DNA of 64,000 bases, taken from positions 1 through 64,000 of the IMG/VR virus record IMGVR_UViG_2654587976_000001. One strand, 5' to 3'. Shown here in pieces: positions 52,734 through 61,910 of this stretch. The notes beneath the pieces were generated by a model. The model had not been told where the DNA came from, made no database searches, and saw nothing but the letters and a program-made list of their open reading frames with translations. The translations under genes were made by a program, and so were the position numbers. The DNA is from a virus (lineage: Duplodnaviria > Caudoviricetes). The stretch's first letter is position 1. Each line of letters starts with the position of its first letter.

Positions 52734-52919
52734 CCCTTATTGCAAATAAAGCAATAAATCATAAAAAAAAGTCAACTGTCCCAAGGGTTTGAGGGGTGTG
52801 TCCCTTAAAGGGGAAGAGGGGTAATAATTAAATAAAAAAATAATAAATTCGTCCGTAAAGTGCCTTTACGGCCGTCTCGTTTCAGCAAGCTGAACCTCGA
52901 TAATATGTTTTTCTTTTTT

Positions 52920-53014
52920 AGAATAAAAATAAAATAATTATTGAATATTTATAGTGATCATGTTAAAATTAAATCAAGTCAAAGGATTACATACATTTAG
53001 AGTAAAAATAAAAT
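52920..53014 (+). promoter_or_regulatory. Operator-flanked sigmaA promoter cassette, copy 1
   Basis: 16-mer - TTGAAT - TGTTAAAAT - TAAATCAAGT - CATACAT - 16-mer; homologous to 56583-56687. Confidence 0.75.
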
Positions 53015-53040
53015 TTTTATAAAGAATGGGGAGATTGAAA

Positions 53041-54912
53041 ATGACAGCTGTTTTAAGAATTAACGAAGAGTTAAACGGAATTGAACTTTATTTTGATAGT
53101 AAACCAGAACAAGAGGTTTTAACTCATCTTAAATCAAACGGTTTTCGATACTCTGGATTCAAAAAATGTTGGTGGAGCAAACGGACAGAAAAATCAATGC
53201 AGGTCGCTAATGGTGTCACTAAACAAGAAATCTCATCTTCTAAAACAATCACTAAAACCAAAAAGAAAGCTAAGGGCGTAAAAATGAGTCTGTGGGATGC
53301 AACACAATGGAGTGAATTCGAGGTTAACAAGGAACAAGAAGTGAAAGAAATGGCAAAGGAAATAAGAAAGCATTTGAGACAACGTTTCCCACAATGCAAA
53401 TTCTCTGTTACTACTGGGGGAAGCAATTCACATAGCACTATTAACATCACAATCAAATCAAGTCCTTATGAAAAAGGCTCAGCTTATTTGACTGCGATTT
53501 ATAATTATTGCAACAGCCTTTTAAACAATTATCGCCATTGCTACAGCCCAGCAGATCCATACACTGATTACGCAGGTAGTTACAATTTCTATGGTCGTGT
53601 TTCATTAGATTGGGAATACACAGTGACAGAACAAACAGAAGAAATTAAAGAAGATATGACACTGTTTGATTCAAAGATGGAAGAATTCGAAGAAGCCGAG
53701 AAAGCGAGAAAAGAAAAAGAACTTCAGGAATATTTAAAAGAGCAAGAGCTTAAAAATGCTGAATATAAGAGACGGCAAGAAGAAGAAAAGAAACAAGTCG
53801 AAAAAATCTATAGCAGCATTGTAGTAAAACAACTGAATGAAGATCAAGAGTATTTTGTTATTGATGCACAGTTTGCCAACTTAAACAAAAATCAAACACT
53901 TAATCAATATAAAGACGAGGTTGTTAAAGGTGACTACAGACTTGAAAATGTGAAAATTACAAAAGAAGTGCATTTCAATACTGAAGAAGCTTTAAACAAC
54001 TTTTCTAACTTGCTTTTAAATGATTTTGATTTTCTTGCGGAAACCGGTGGAAGTTTTACGGAAGACAATAGAATCAACTCAATGATTGATTATTACAATA
54101 TGGACGATCTTGAAAAGAACACAGTCAAATGGAATTTATATGGCGTAGGAGTGTACTACGGCGGGAAATTGCAATTCATTGTAGACGCTCAAGGCCATTC
54201 TTATGCAAGATACGTTGGTTTAGTGGACAATGCAAAAATTGAAAAGTCATTTTCTCATAAACAAGCGATAAAAGAAGGAGAGTTAGACGAGTTAAAACAT
54301 CAAGCGGGAAAAATAGAAGATCTTTCTAGTTCAGTCATTGAAGAATTAAATATATTTCTAACCTGGAATAATGAAGACTGGGACAAATATAAAACTTCAC
54401 TCAAAGGAAAATTGAAATTGAATAATTTGAATTTGAGTAAAAATGTTATCCAACAAGCAGATACAGAAAAATTAAAAACTGCTTTATACAGAATTCTCCA
54501 TGAAGTTGACAGTATTCAAGAACAATTTAAAAATGCTGATCTTGAAAAAGGTGAAAAATATACTCTGTTTCACATATCTGATCTTGGATCTTTAATTACT
54601 GAAAGAATAACGTATGACAGTTGCCAGTCAACTAAATATGCTCAATATGATAATGCAGTGAAGTTGACATATCGGCCTGAAAATAAAAGGAATTTATATT
54701 ACCGACACTTCTATTCAGAATTATTGATGTTCAAAGGATGGCACTCGCTGCCCGAAACAGTGTTGAATAATGTAGAGGTTAAACCAGATGGGACTAAAAT
54801 AATTCACAGTAAGTACTACTCGTGTGACAAAAGACAATTTGACGAGGTTTTAAATTACTTAAATAATAAAAGATTCAAACCTTTAATCAATACTTATAAG
54901 TCTAATCTATGA
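53041..54912 (+). CDS. Multidomain early protein with an LPD29-like (polyvalent-protein) segment
   Basis: GIELYF..KP...L...GFR.S...CWW N-domain; AKEIRKHLRQRFPQCKFSV segment; domain naming from recall. Confidence 0.6.
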   Translation: MTAVLRINEELNGIELYFDSKPEQEVLTHLKSNGFRYSGFKKCWWSKRTEKSMQVANGVTKQEISSSKTITKTKKKAKGVKMSLWDATQWSEFEVNKEQEVKEMAKEIRKHLRQRFPQCKFSVTTGGSNSHSTINITIKSSPYEKGSAYLTAIYNYCNSLLNNYRHCYSPADPYTDYAGSYNFYGRVSLDWEYTVTEQTEEIKEDMTLFDSKMEEFEEAEKARKEKELQEYLKEQELKNAEYKRRQEEEKKQVEKIYSSIVVKQLNEDQEYFVIDAQFANLNKNQTLNQYKDEVVKGDYRLENVKITKEVHFNTEEALNNFSNLLLNDFDFLAETGGSFTEDNRINSMIDYYNMDDLEKNTVKWNLYGVGVYYGGKLQFIVDAQGHSYARYVGLVDNAKIEKSFSHKQAIKEGELDELKHQAGKIEDLSSSVIEELNIFLTWNNEDWDKYKTSLKGKLKLNNLNLSKNVIQQADTEKLKTALYRILHEVDSIQEQFKNADLEKGEKYTLFHISDLGSLITERITYDSCQSTKYAQYDNAVKLTYRPENKRNLYYRHFYSELLMFKGWHSLPETVLNNVEVKPDGTKIIHSKYYSCDKRQFDEVLNYLNNKRFKPLINTYKSNL

Positions 54913-54964
54913 AATAAGAGGGGGATGGGAAAACATCTCATTCCCTAAAAAGGGAGAACAAAAA

Positions 54965-56566
54965 ATGTTTAAAGATAATCCGGATTTTTATCCGACACCA
55001 CCACAGTTAATCCGAAAAATGACATCTAAAGTAGAATGGAAGTACATTAACTCCGTTTTGGAGCCGTCAGCAGGTAAAGGAAACTTAGTAGAAGCTATTC
55101 ACAATCAATTTAAAAACACCAGCAACTATAGAAGGAATTCGAAATATGACATTGATGCAATTGAACAAGATGAAAACTTACGACACATACTTAAAGGCAA
55201 AGATTACAGAGTGATAGCAGACGATTTTCTGACGTTTAACACTTACAAGAAGTATGATTTGATTTTTATGAATCCACCTTTTAGTAGCGGTGTTAAACAT
55301 TTATTAAAGGCGATTGAATTAATTGAAAAGCAACAAAGATCCGGACAAATTGTTTGCTTACTAAATGCCGAAACATTAAAAAATCCGTATTCAAATGACA
55401 GGAAATTTCTTATACGTAAGCTAGAGGAAATAAATGCAGAAGTTGAATACATTCAAAACGCTTTTTCGAACTCAGAGCGAAACACAGAAGTTGAAACGGC
55501 GCTAATTTACATAAGCATTGAAAAACAAGAATATGACAGTGTTCTAATAGAAGAATTGAAAAAAGATGAGTCCCATAAAATTAGTGCCGATTATAAAGCA
55601 ACACAGTTAGTGAATGCAGACTTTATAAAAGGAATTGTAGAACAGTTCAATTATGAAATCAAAGCGGGTTTAAAATTAATCAATGAATATAACAGTTTAA
55701 AACCATTAATGCTACATAGTTTCAATGATGACAGTACTCCAATATTGAAGCTGCTAATTGACAAGAATACCGAAGAAAATGACATAGAGAATGCATATAT
55801 AAAACAAATTAGGGCGAAGTATTGGAATACGTTATTTAACAATGATCAATTTATGGGGCTCTTCACAAGCAATTTAAAACAAAAGTATTTGCAGCACGTT
55901 GAGGAATTAAAAGATTATGATTTTTCTTTGTTCAATATCTATACATTAAGAATTCAGATGAGTAAAGAGATGACGCAGGGCGTAGAAGATACAATACTTA
56001 ACCTTTTTGAAGAATTTAGCCACAAGCATTACTATGATGAATCATCAAAAAATGTGCACTTATATAATGGGTGGAAAACAAATAAATCATATAAAATTAA
56101 TAAAAAAATAATTATTCCACTAAACGGGTATTGTAGTTGGCTCGGTCACTATAGTCCAACAGACTACAAGGTCTTAGAAAAGTTGAAAGATATCGAAAAA
56201 GTTTTCAATTACCTTGACAATGGGTTAACAGAAGACATAAACATTGATGAAACTATAAAACTAGCTAAGCATTACGGTGAAACGAAAAAAATAGAATTAA
56301 AGTACTTCTATGTAACTTTCTATAAAAAAGGAACATGTCACATCGAGTTTAAAGATATGGAAATTCTCAAGAAATTTAATATCTTTGGCAGCCAAAAGAA
56401 AAACTGGCTTCCTCCTTCGTATGGTAAGGTAAAATATCAGGATATGACAGCAGAAGAAAAAGACGTAATTAATAATTTTGAGGGTGCGCAATCTTACAAT
56501 GAAACGGTAAATAACGCTTCTTATTATATCCTGGATACATCAAAGCTTCTATTGCTTACATCATAA
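54965..56566 (+). CDS. Amino-DNA methyltransferase with DUF4942-like C-terminus
   Basis: DFYPTP, VLEPSAGKG (motif I), MNPPF (motif IV), YKKGTCHI.F C-terminal motif. Confidence 0.85.
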   Translation: MFKDNPDFYPTPPQLIRKMTSKVEWKYINSVLEPSAGKGNLVEAIHNQFKNTSNYRRNSKYDIDAIEQDENLRHILKGKDYRVIADDFLTFNTYKKYDLIFMNPPFSSGVKHLLKAIELIEKQQRSGQIVCLLNAETLKNPYSNDRKFLIRKLEEINAEVEYIQNAFSNSERNTEVETALIYISIEKQEYDSVLIEELKKDESHKISADYKATQLVNADFIKGIVEQFNYEIKAGLKLINEYNSLKPLMLHSFNDDSTPILKLLIDKNTEENDIENAYIKQIRAKYWNTLFNNDQFMGLFTSNLKQKYLQHVEELKDYDFSLFNIYTLRIQMSKEMTQGVEDTILNLFEEFSHKHYYDESSKNVHLYNGWKTNKSYKINKKIIIPLNGYCSWLGHYSPTDYKVLEKLKDIEKVFNYLDNGLTEDINIDETIKLAKHYGETKKIELKYFYVTFYKKGTCHIEFKDMEILKKFNIFGSQKKNWLPPSYGKVKYQDMTAEEKDVINNFEGAQSYNETVNNASYYILDTSKLLLLTS

Positions 56567-56582
56567 CAAAATACACACTTTA

Positions 56583-56687
56583 ATAATAAAAATAAAATAA
56601 GTATTGATAATTTAAAATAGTCATGTTATACTTAAATCAAGTTAAAACAACAGCAGAGCATACATATTTTAAGAATGAAAATAAAAT
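56583..56687 (+). promoter_or_regulatory. Operator-flanked sigmaA promoter cassette, copy 2
   Basis: 16-mer variant - TTGATA - TGTTATACT - TAAATCAAGT - CATACAT - 16-mer variant. Confidence 0.75.
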
Positions 56688-56743
56688 AACTAAAACAAAA
56701 TGAAATGCATATTTTAAACAAAATTCTAGGTAGGTGATAATAA

Positions 56744-57349
56744 ATGAATAAGGTTGATGATAAAGAAATACGAACAGCTCTCATTTCCAGACTAACAACT
56801 TATAAAAATTGTGCAGTTTCAGAAGAAGTAACTGTGCCCTCTGGTAAAGCTAGAGCAGATGTAGTAGCTGTAAATGGTCATGTTGTTGCATACGAAATAA
56901 AGAGTGACTTTGATTCAATAAAACGATTAACAATGCAAATATACGAATATGACAAGAATTTCGAAATGAATTATATAGTAGTGGGTCAGAAATTCGCAGA
57001 ATCAATCACTAAAATCGTACCTGAACATTGGGGGGTTATCGTAGCTGAAAAAACAAGAGTGACTGTTCGTTTAGCCTTTTTAAAAAAGGCAAGATTAAAT
57101 CCGAATCTTTCTTTTAAAGACTTTTTATCTTGGTTGCCTTCGGAAGATGTAAAAAAAATAGCTTTAATGGATGATTACTTAGGAAATAAGCTTCCGAAAA
57201 GTAAAATAAGAACGCTTTTTAAACAAGATGTTATTAAAAGGTTAGAAGAAACAGTTCCAAGCCTACATAAAAATGAGCTAAAAAATAGAGTTCGACTCTT
57301 ACTGAAAAATAAGGGTAAGGCAAATAAGAAATCTGAAATAATTGGTTAA
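56744..57349 (+). CDS. sce7726-like PD-(D/E)XK-fold protein
   Basis: EE..V....RADVVAVNG...AYEIKSDFDS..RL..Q...Y and WGV motifs. Confidence 0.75.
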   Translation: MNKVDDKEIRTALISRLTTYKNCAVSEEVTVPSGKARADVVAVNGHVVAYEIKSDFDSIKRLTMQIYEYDKNFEMNYIVVGQKFAESITKIVPEHWGVIVAEKTRVTVRLAFLKKARLNPNLSFKDFLSWLPSEDVKKIALMDDYLGNKLPKSKIRTLFKQDVIKRLEETVPSLHKNELKNRVRLLLKNKGKANKKSEIIG

Positions 57350-57369
57350 AACAGAATGGAGAGATTGAA

Positions 57370-57498
57370 ATGAAAGAGGTTAGCCACAACGAATGGATGG
57401 ATACGGTTAAAAAGTTGAATGAAGGGAAACCAAGTCTTACTGGTCTGATTGATCAGCAAGTTGAATCATATGAGAAAGATAAGGAGTGCAAGGAATGA
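57370..57498 (+). CDS. Small hypothetical protein (42 aa, MKEVSHNEWMDTVKK...)
   Basis: Hand translation; GGAGAG RBS; ATGA overlap with the next ORF. Confidence 0.55.
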   Translation: MKEVSHNEWMDTVKKLNEGKPSLTGLIDQQVESYEKDKECKE

Positions 57499-57713
57499 AT
57501 CATTCCGAGAGAGTCGTTATGAATGTTGAAAAAAACGAGAACGGATTTGTAGTTGTAAAAGAGCATTATACAGAAGAGGGTATCCGCGAAAACCAATGCT
57601 TTTGTTTTGATAGAGATAAGGCTAGTGCAGAGGCTGAACGTATTCAAAATGAAATTGATCCAGAACATAACGAATGGAAAGTGACTTATGAACCTGTAGA
57701 GATTATTAGATAG
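57495..57713 (+). CDS. Small hypothetical protein
   Basis: AAGGAG RBS; stop lies at the start of the 58-bp repeat. Confidence 0.6.
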   Translation: MNHSERVVMNVEKNENGFVVVKEHYTEEGIRENQCFCFDRDKASAEAERIQNEIDPEHNEWKVTYEPVEIIR

Positions 57714-57809
57714 TCGTTTGGGTGACTATAAACAGACATTAAGCCCAGAGCGTCCTTCCTGCTGCGGGAAAAGAAAACAACTCATAAAACATAAGGAAGT
57801 GTTATTCAG

Positions 57810-57977
57810 TTGAAAAAAGAGTGTATGTTTAAAACGATAAGTTCAAAATGTCCAAATTGTCTCGCGTCTAATTCATTTAATATACCGATTGATATAAAAA
57901 AAATTAGCGATGTAGATGTGCCTTGGTTTCAATGTTCATTCTGTTTTAATAGAAGTGATAAACAATTATGGAAATGA
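57810..57977 (+). CDS. Small Zn-ribbon protein (55 aa, CPNC...CSFC)
   Basis: Hand translation from TTG 57810; AAGGA RBS; two CxxC pairs. Confidence 0.6.
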   Translation: MKKECMFKTISSKCPNCLASNSFNIPIDIKKISDVDVPWFQCSFCFNRSDKQLWK

Positions 57978-58065
57978 TGGTTTAGATAGTCGTTGAGCGA
58001 CTATAAACGAGAATTACGAGTTGTGTTGACGGATCTGTCAATATTTATTAAATGGGGGGATTAAT

Positions 58066-58305
58066 TTGAGTTATGAACGTCCAGGCTTTACTTTTGCGGA
58101 AGCAGTAGTATTGTCCCTGAAGATCATGTTAACGATTGCTATTGTAATTGGTGATGCATTCTTTATACGTTGGCTTTACACAAATGATTACGTTATTTCG
58201 ACTTATGTGACTGGTGGATTTTCATTTTTTGTTTTTTGGTTTTTATGTTTTGGACTCCCGAATGAGAGATTAAATGTCGCCTGGGCGACTATAAACAGAC
58301 ATTAA
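58066..58305 (+). CDS. Small two-TM protein
   Basis: GGGGGA RBS; hydrophobic; 3' end runs into the last repeat copy. Confidence 0.6.
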   Translation: MSYERPGFTFAEAVVLSLKIMLTIAIVIGDAFFIRWLYTNDYVISTYVTGGFSFFVFWFLCFGLPNERLNVAWATINRH

Positions 58306-58339
58306 GCCCAGAGCGTCCTTCCTGCTACGGGAAGGGGTT

Positions 58340-59086
58340 GTGAAAAATATAAGGAGAGAATGGGGGCGTTTTAAAAAAATGGCAGCAGTACTAAAAATGA
58401 AAGAATCTGATTTGTTCGAACCTGTTAAGTCGTTTCTAATAAAAAATGGTTGCTCGAAAGTTTATGGGGAAGTTCTCGGATGTGATGTATTTGGGATAAA
58501 TGGAGTGTGTGATATTGTCGTAGAATTGAAGACAACGTTGAGTTTTAAACTGATTGATCAAGCTTTAGACAGATTGAACCATGGTCATTACGTTTACATT
58601 GCAGTACCTAAGAGAAAAGGGCATATACCTAGATGTGTGAAATACCTACTTGAAGAAAAAAATATAGGTTTACTTGAAGTAGGTAAAGACAAATATTCAG
58701 ACGACATTATAGTACATGTTTCAATTCCTGCAAAATACAATCGCCTTGCTACTGAATGGAAGAAGAGAGGATTAAAGTCAACCAGAGACTATATAAAGGA
58801 CTACCACGAAACACAAATGGGGGGTGTAAAGGGGGGAGAGAGTGTTACTGAGTATTCTAACATGATTGATAATATTAAAGATTTCTTGTACCGCAGAATG
58901 CGTGGAAAATGGGCTACAATTGAAGAAATATTGAACCATTGTGAAACGTATTATTCAAATCCAAAACCAAGTCTAAACGCAACTTTGCAAGCGAAATGGA
59001 ATAGTGATTGGTGTGAATCTAAAGTGGTTAATCGAAAAAGATATTTCAGAATTCGAAAGGAACAATATTATGGGGAAGGGATCTAA
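58340..59086 (+). CDS. DUF2161-like PD-(D/E)XK protein (true start probably 58379 or 58397)
   Basis: MKESDLFEPVK.FL...GEV..CDV...IVVELK..L...LI.QA.DR....VYIAVP. Confidence 0.7.
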   Translation: MKNIRREWGRFKKMAAVLKMKESDLFEPVKSFLIKNGCSKVYGEVLGCDVFGINGVCDIVVELKTTLSFKLIDQALDRLNHGHYVYIAVPKRKGHIPRCVKYLLEEKNIGLLEVGKDKYSDDIIVHVSIPAKYNRLATEWKKRGLKSTRDYIKDYHETQMGGVKGGESVTEYSNMIDNIKDFLYRRMRGKWATIEEILNHCETYYSNPKPSLNATLQAKWNSDWCESKVVNRKRYFRIRKEQYYGEGI

Positions 59087-59090
59087 TTTC

Positions 59091-59354
59091 ATGAACGAAA
59101 AAAAAGTATTTCTTGGAGCATATGGTAGATCACTTGAAATATTTTGGCAGTTGCCTGTAATTCAAAGCAATAAAACAGATCATAATTGGATACATCCAAA
59201 AGCAAAATACCATGCCTATATTAATAATGAGTCTGTTTGTGGAAAGTATGGTCAAAATACTGATTACTTTGAAATAGGAATCAAAGAATCTGACCTGATG
59301 GCAAATAAGGAATTGGCTTGCAAAGTATGCTTGAAAAAGTTAGGACTTTCTTAA
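59091..59354 (+). CDS. Small Cys/His-containing protein
   Basis: H...SVCG...CKVC motif; RBS before ATG 59091. Confidence 0.6.
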   Translation: MNEKKVFLGAYGRSLEIFWQLPVIQSNKTDHNWIHPKAKYHAYINNESVCGKYGQNTDYFEIGIKESDLMANKELACKVCLKKLGLS

Positions 59355-59408
59355 AGAGGATGGAAGGATAGTGGAACGCCTGTTAAATTCACAAGGGGGA
59401 AATAGCCT

Positions 59409-59687
59409 ATGAAAGTGAAGTACAGTCATAGTGAAGGAAATTTTCCATTTGCTAAAGGTGATTATGTGACAGTTGTTGTCAGATATCTTTATGTGAAAGG
59501 TTTGGAAGATGAACTTTATTATCATGGAACTGTAACAGAGATTGATGAGCAAGGGTTTCGGTGTGTTTTGGATGATGATAAAACAAAGGAAGAGTATTTC
59601 AGTTTTCTTGACGTTGAAAACGTTATAGATGGCGATAGAATACCTTTTTTTGCAGGAACAACTAAACGTATAAAAGGCAAAGACTAA
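59409..59687 (+). CDS. Hypothetical protein
   Basis: AAGGGGG RBS. Confidence 0.65.
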   Translation: MKVKYSHSEGNFPFAKGDYVTVVVRYLYVKGLEDELYYHGTVTEIDEQGFRCVLDDDKTKEEYFSFLDVENVIDGDRIPFFAGTTKRIKGKD

Positions 59688-59730
59688 TTCTCAATAATAC
59701 AACAATTTCAAACAGAAAGAGGGCGTATAA

Positions 59731-59970
59731 ATGAGTACGATGGTTAATACAATAGGCGAATTCAATCTATATGATGTATTTGCCTTTAAGGACAGGCCAA
59801 ACGTTGAAATAAAAATAAGTATGATTATAGATGATCTTTATTACTTATGGTGTACAGATAGAGGGGAAATGACGGACGTTATCTTGATGAAAAATAGCGA
59901 TTTTAAAGAACAATCTTATAAGTTGCTTAAAGTAGCCAGTGGAATACCAAAGTGCAAGGAGAGAAGTTAA
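59731..59970 (+). CDS. Hypothetical protein
   Basis: GAGGG RBS; TAATG coupling to the next gene. Confidence 0.6.
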   Translation: MSTMVNTIGEFNLYDVFAFKDRPNVEIKISMIIDDLYYLWCTDRGEMTDVILMKNSDFKEQSYKLLKVASGIPKCKERS

Positions 59971-60230
59971 TGAAGGATGTATTGTTGCCAATTGGTACAA
60001 TTTTTAAAGCGAAAGAACCGAATGGATATGAAGAGAATCAACCCATCATAGAATACATAATTATTGGGAAGCGTACAATCAATCCACGATCAATGAAGGC
60101 TTGGGATTATGTTGTAGTTCCTTTTGACGCAGGCTACAAAAATGAGTATAAAGAGCATACAAAAGAGTGGGAAAATAACTTTGTATATTTCAACCATATT
60201 GATATAGAAGAAGTTATAAAAAAGCTTTAA
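59970..60230 (+). CDS. DUF4176-like protein
   Basis: LLPIGT...IIGKR...WDY..VP...GY...YFNH.DIEEV pattern. Confidence 0.7.
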   Translation: MKDVLLPIGTIFKAKEPNGYEENQPIIEYIIIGKRTINPRSMKAWDYVVVPFDAGYKNEYKEHTKEWENNFVYFNHIDIEEVIKKL

Positions 60231-60347
60231 GGATTCTAAATAAAACAGCAGTTTTAAAGAGAGTTAACAGATAGAGTATCATGCTATAATATTGAATTAA
60301 TTAGAAGTAGTGTTTAGTAAGAGAAAAATATTTAGGGCGGGAAGAGA

Positions 60348-61853
60348 TTGGATAACTATGAGTCTAACATAAATATACTTAATGAGATTGATAAAAGATT
60401 AAGGAGATTTAATTTTAATTCTAAACTTGAATTATTAAGAGTGTTACATCATGCTACATCTGTAATTAATCCTAATGATGATTTTTTAATCAGTCTATTG
60501 CCTAATAATATATTAAGAAAACAAATTAGAGGTAACATATATAATCATGAACTAGCATATCTCTCCTTAGCCTCTATAATAGGGAAAGAGTGGGGTGGAT
60601 ATACGCCAGATATTAGTTATAATGATTTAGTGAAAGTAATTAAGTTATATCGAGAATATAATATTCCATTTAAGCATAAAGATGATTTGAATTTGTCTGA
60701 TCAGGAATTATTGTCACAATTTTCTGTGAGAGTCGGTTTACAACAATTTATTTATCAGAGGCATCCTTTTAAAAGTTTTTATAGGTATCACTATCTGTTT
60801 AATTATGAAAGCCCTGAAATTAATGTTAAAAAAATTTTTCTTGAATTGTTTGGTTATGAGTATGAAGATTATTTGTTATTCTCTTGGGCTTTATATAATT
60901 GTTCCTCGAAATACTGGGAAATTGATAAAGATAATTTTATTAGAACACTTGGGGAAATTTTCCGATTTTCTGAAACAAAAGTGAAAACTTTAATAAATAC
61001 CTTTTTAATTAATAGAGAAGAATTTATAGTTTTGTATGAACAATTTGCAACAATTGATCCAAAAATGAAAGTCTATGATTTCAACCCATTACTAATGAAA
61101 CCGATTGTAACCTCAAATGGCTCTGACCTTTTATTTCCAATGCCTTTTTCAATTTTCATAGCTGTTACAGAGGGGATGTATCAACAAATTTGCACTGCAA
61201 AAGGTTTGGAATTCAAAAGTGCTTTTGGAAAACACCCTTACGAAGATTACATAGAACATATTTTAAAACTTCATAATTATCTTTATATAAAAGAGTTTGT
61301 GTATAGATTTCAAAAGAACAATTTAAGATCCCCTGATTTTATGTTAGTTAAAAATAATCACGTTATCTTTATTGAATTAAAAGCAAGAGTACCCATGATA
61401 AGTTTAAGAACAACAAATTATACAAAATATAAAGAAGAGCTTAAAACTTCACTTGGTGCTGCACTTGCTCAGTGTTTTAAAAAGGAAGGTCATCTAAAAA
61501 GCGGCTTTATAAACCATGAAAAGTTACCTAAAAATATTTCGCGAATTTCACATATTGCTATTACACTTGAAGAATTTAATATTGCAGATGAAACTGGACT
61601 CGAAGAAGCAATAAAGGAAAATGGTGGAGTGCTTAGTGACTCTTCTTACCATGTTATGAGCACAGGAACATTAGAATCAATATTAGAAGAAGACACAAGG
61701 GATATTTTTCAATATTGTATCGATAGAGAAGAAGCTGGAACAACCAATAGGCACTTATCAGATGGAGATGTAAAAAGAGAAAAGTTAACTTCCACAAGAG
61801 ATCAAAATTTAATGGAACTCATTGTGAAAAAGAATAATCTAATTTCTAAATAA
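60348..61853 (+). CDS. Low-GC 501-aa protein with C-terminal PD-(D/E)XK nuclease-like motif
   Basis: YEDY...SPDF.L......IFIELKA...Q; own TGCTATAAT promoter. Confidence 0.7.
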   Translation: MDNYESNINILNEIDKRLRRFNFNSKLELLRVLHHATSVINPNDDFLISLLPNNILRKQIRGNIYNHELAYLSLASIIGKEWGGYTPDISYNDLVKVIKLYREYNIPFKHKDDLNLSDQELLSQFSVRVGLQQFIYQRHPFKSFYRYHYLFNYESPEINVKKIFLELFGYEYEDYLLFSWALYNCSSKYWEIDKDNFIRTLGEIFRFSETKVKTLINTFLINREEFIVLYEQFATIDPKMKVYDFNPLLMKPIVTSNGSDLLFPMPFSIFIAVTEGMYQQICTAKGLEFKSAFGKHPYEDYIEHILKLHNYLYIKEFVYRFQKNNLRSPDFMLVKNNHVIFIELKARVPMISLRTTNYTKYKEELKTSLGAALAQCFKKEGHLKSGFINHEKLPKNISRISHIAITLEEFNIADETGLEEAIKENGGVLSDSSYHVMSTGTLESILEEDTRDIFQYCIDREEAGTTNRHLSDGDVKREKLTSTRDQNLMELIVKKNNLISK

Positions 61854-61910
61854 AAACACCATTTCATGCTAAATGGGACACGGGCTGCCTACATGAACAG
61901 CCCTTGGCCA

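Larger units (their letters stand above)
57713..58333 (+). repeat. 58-bp direct repeat (57713-57770 and 58276-58333) with a partial copy at 57983-58008
   Basis: GTCGYYTGGGYGACTATAAACAGACATTAAGCCCAGAGCGTCCTTCCTGCTRCGGGAA, 54/58 identical. Confidence 0.9.

Noticed and set aside
42918-52792. CCTTG/CAAGG-type words (42918, ~44615, ~44669, ~52780) as dif-like recombination sites
   Set aside because: Too degenerate and inconsistently spaced to support a site call
57713-58333. 58-bp repeats as a CRISPR array
   Set aside because: Intervening sequences are 200-270 bp and contain genes; no cas genes
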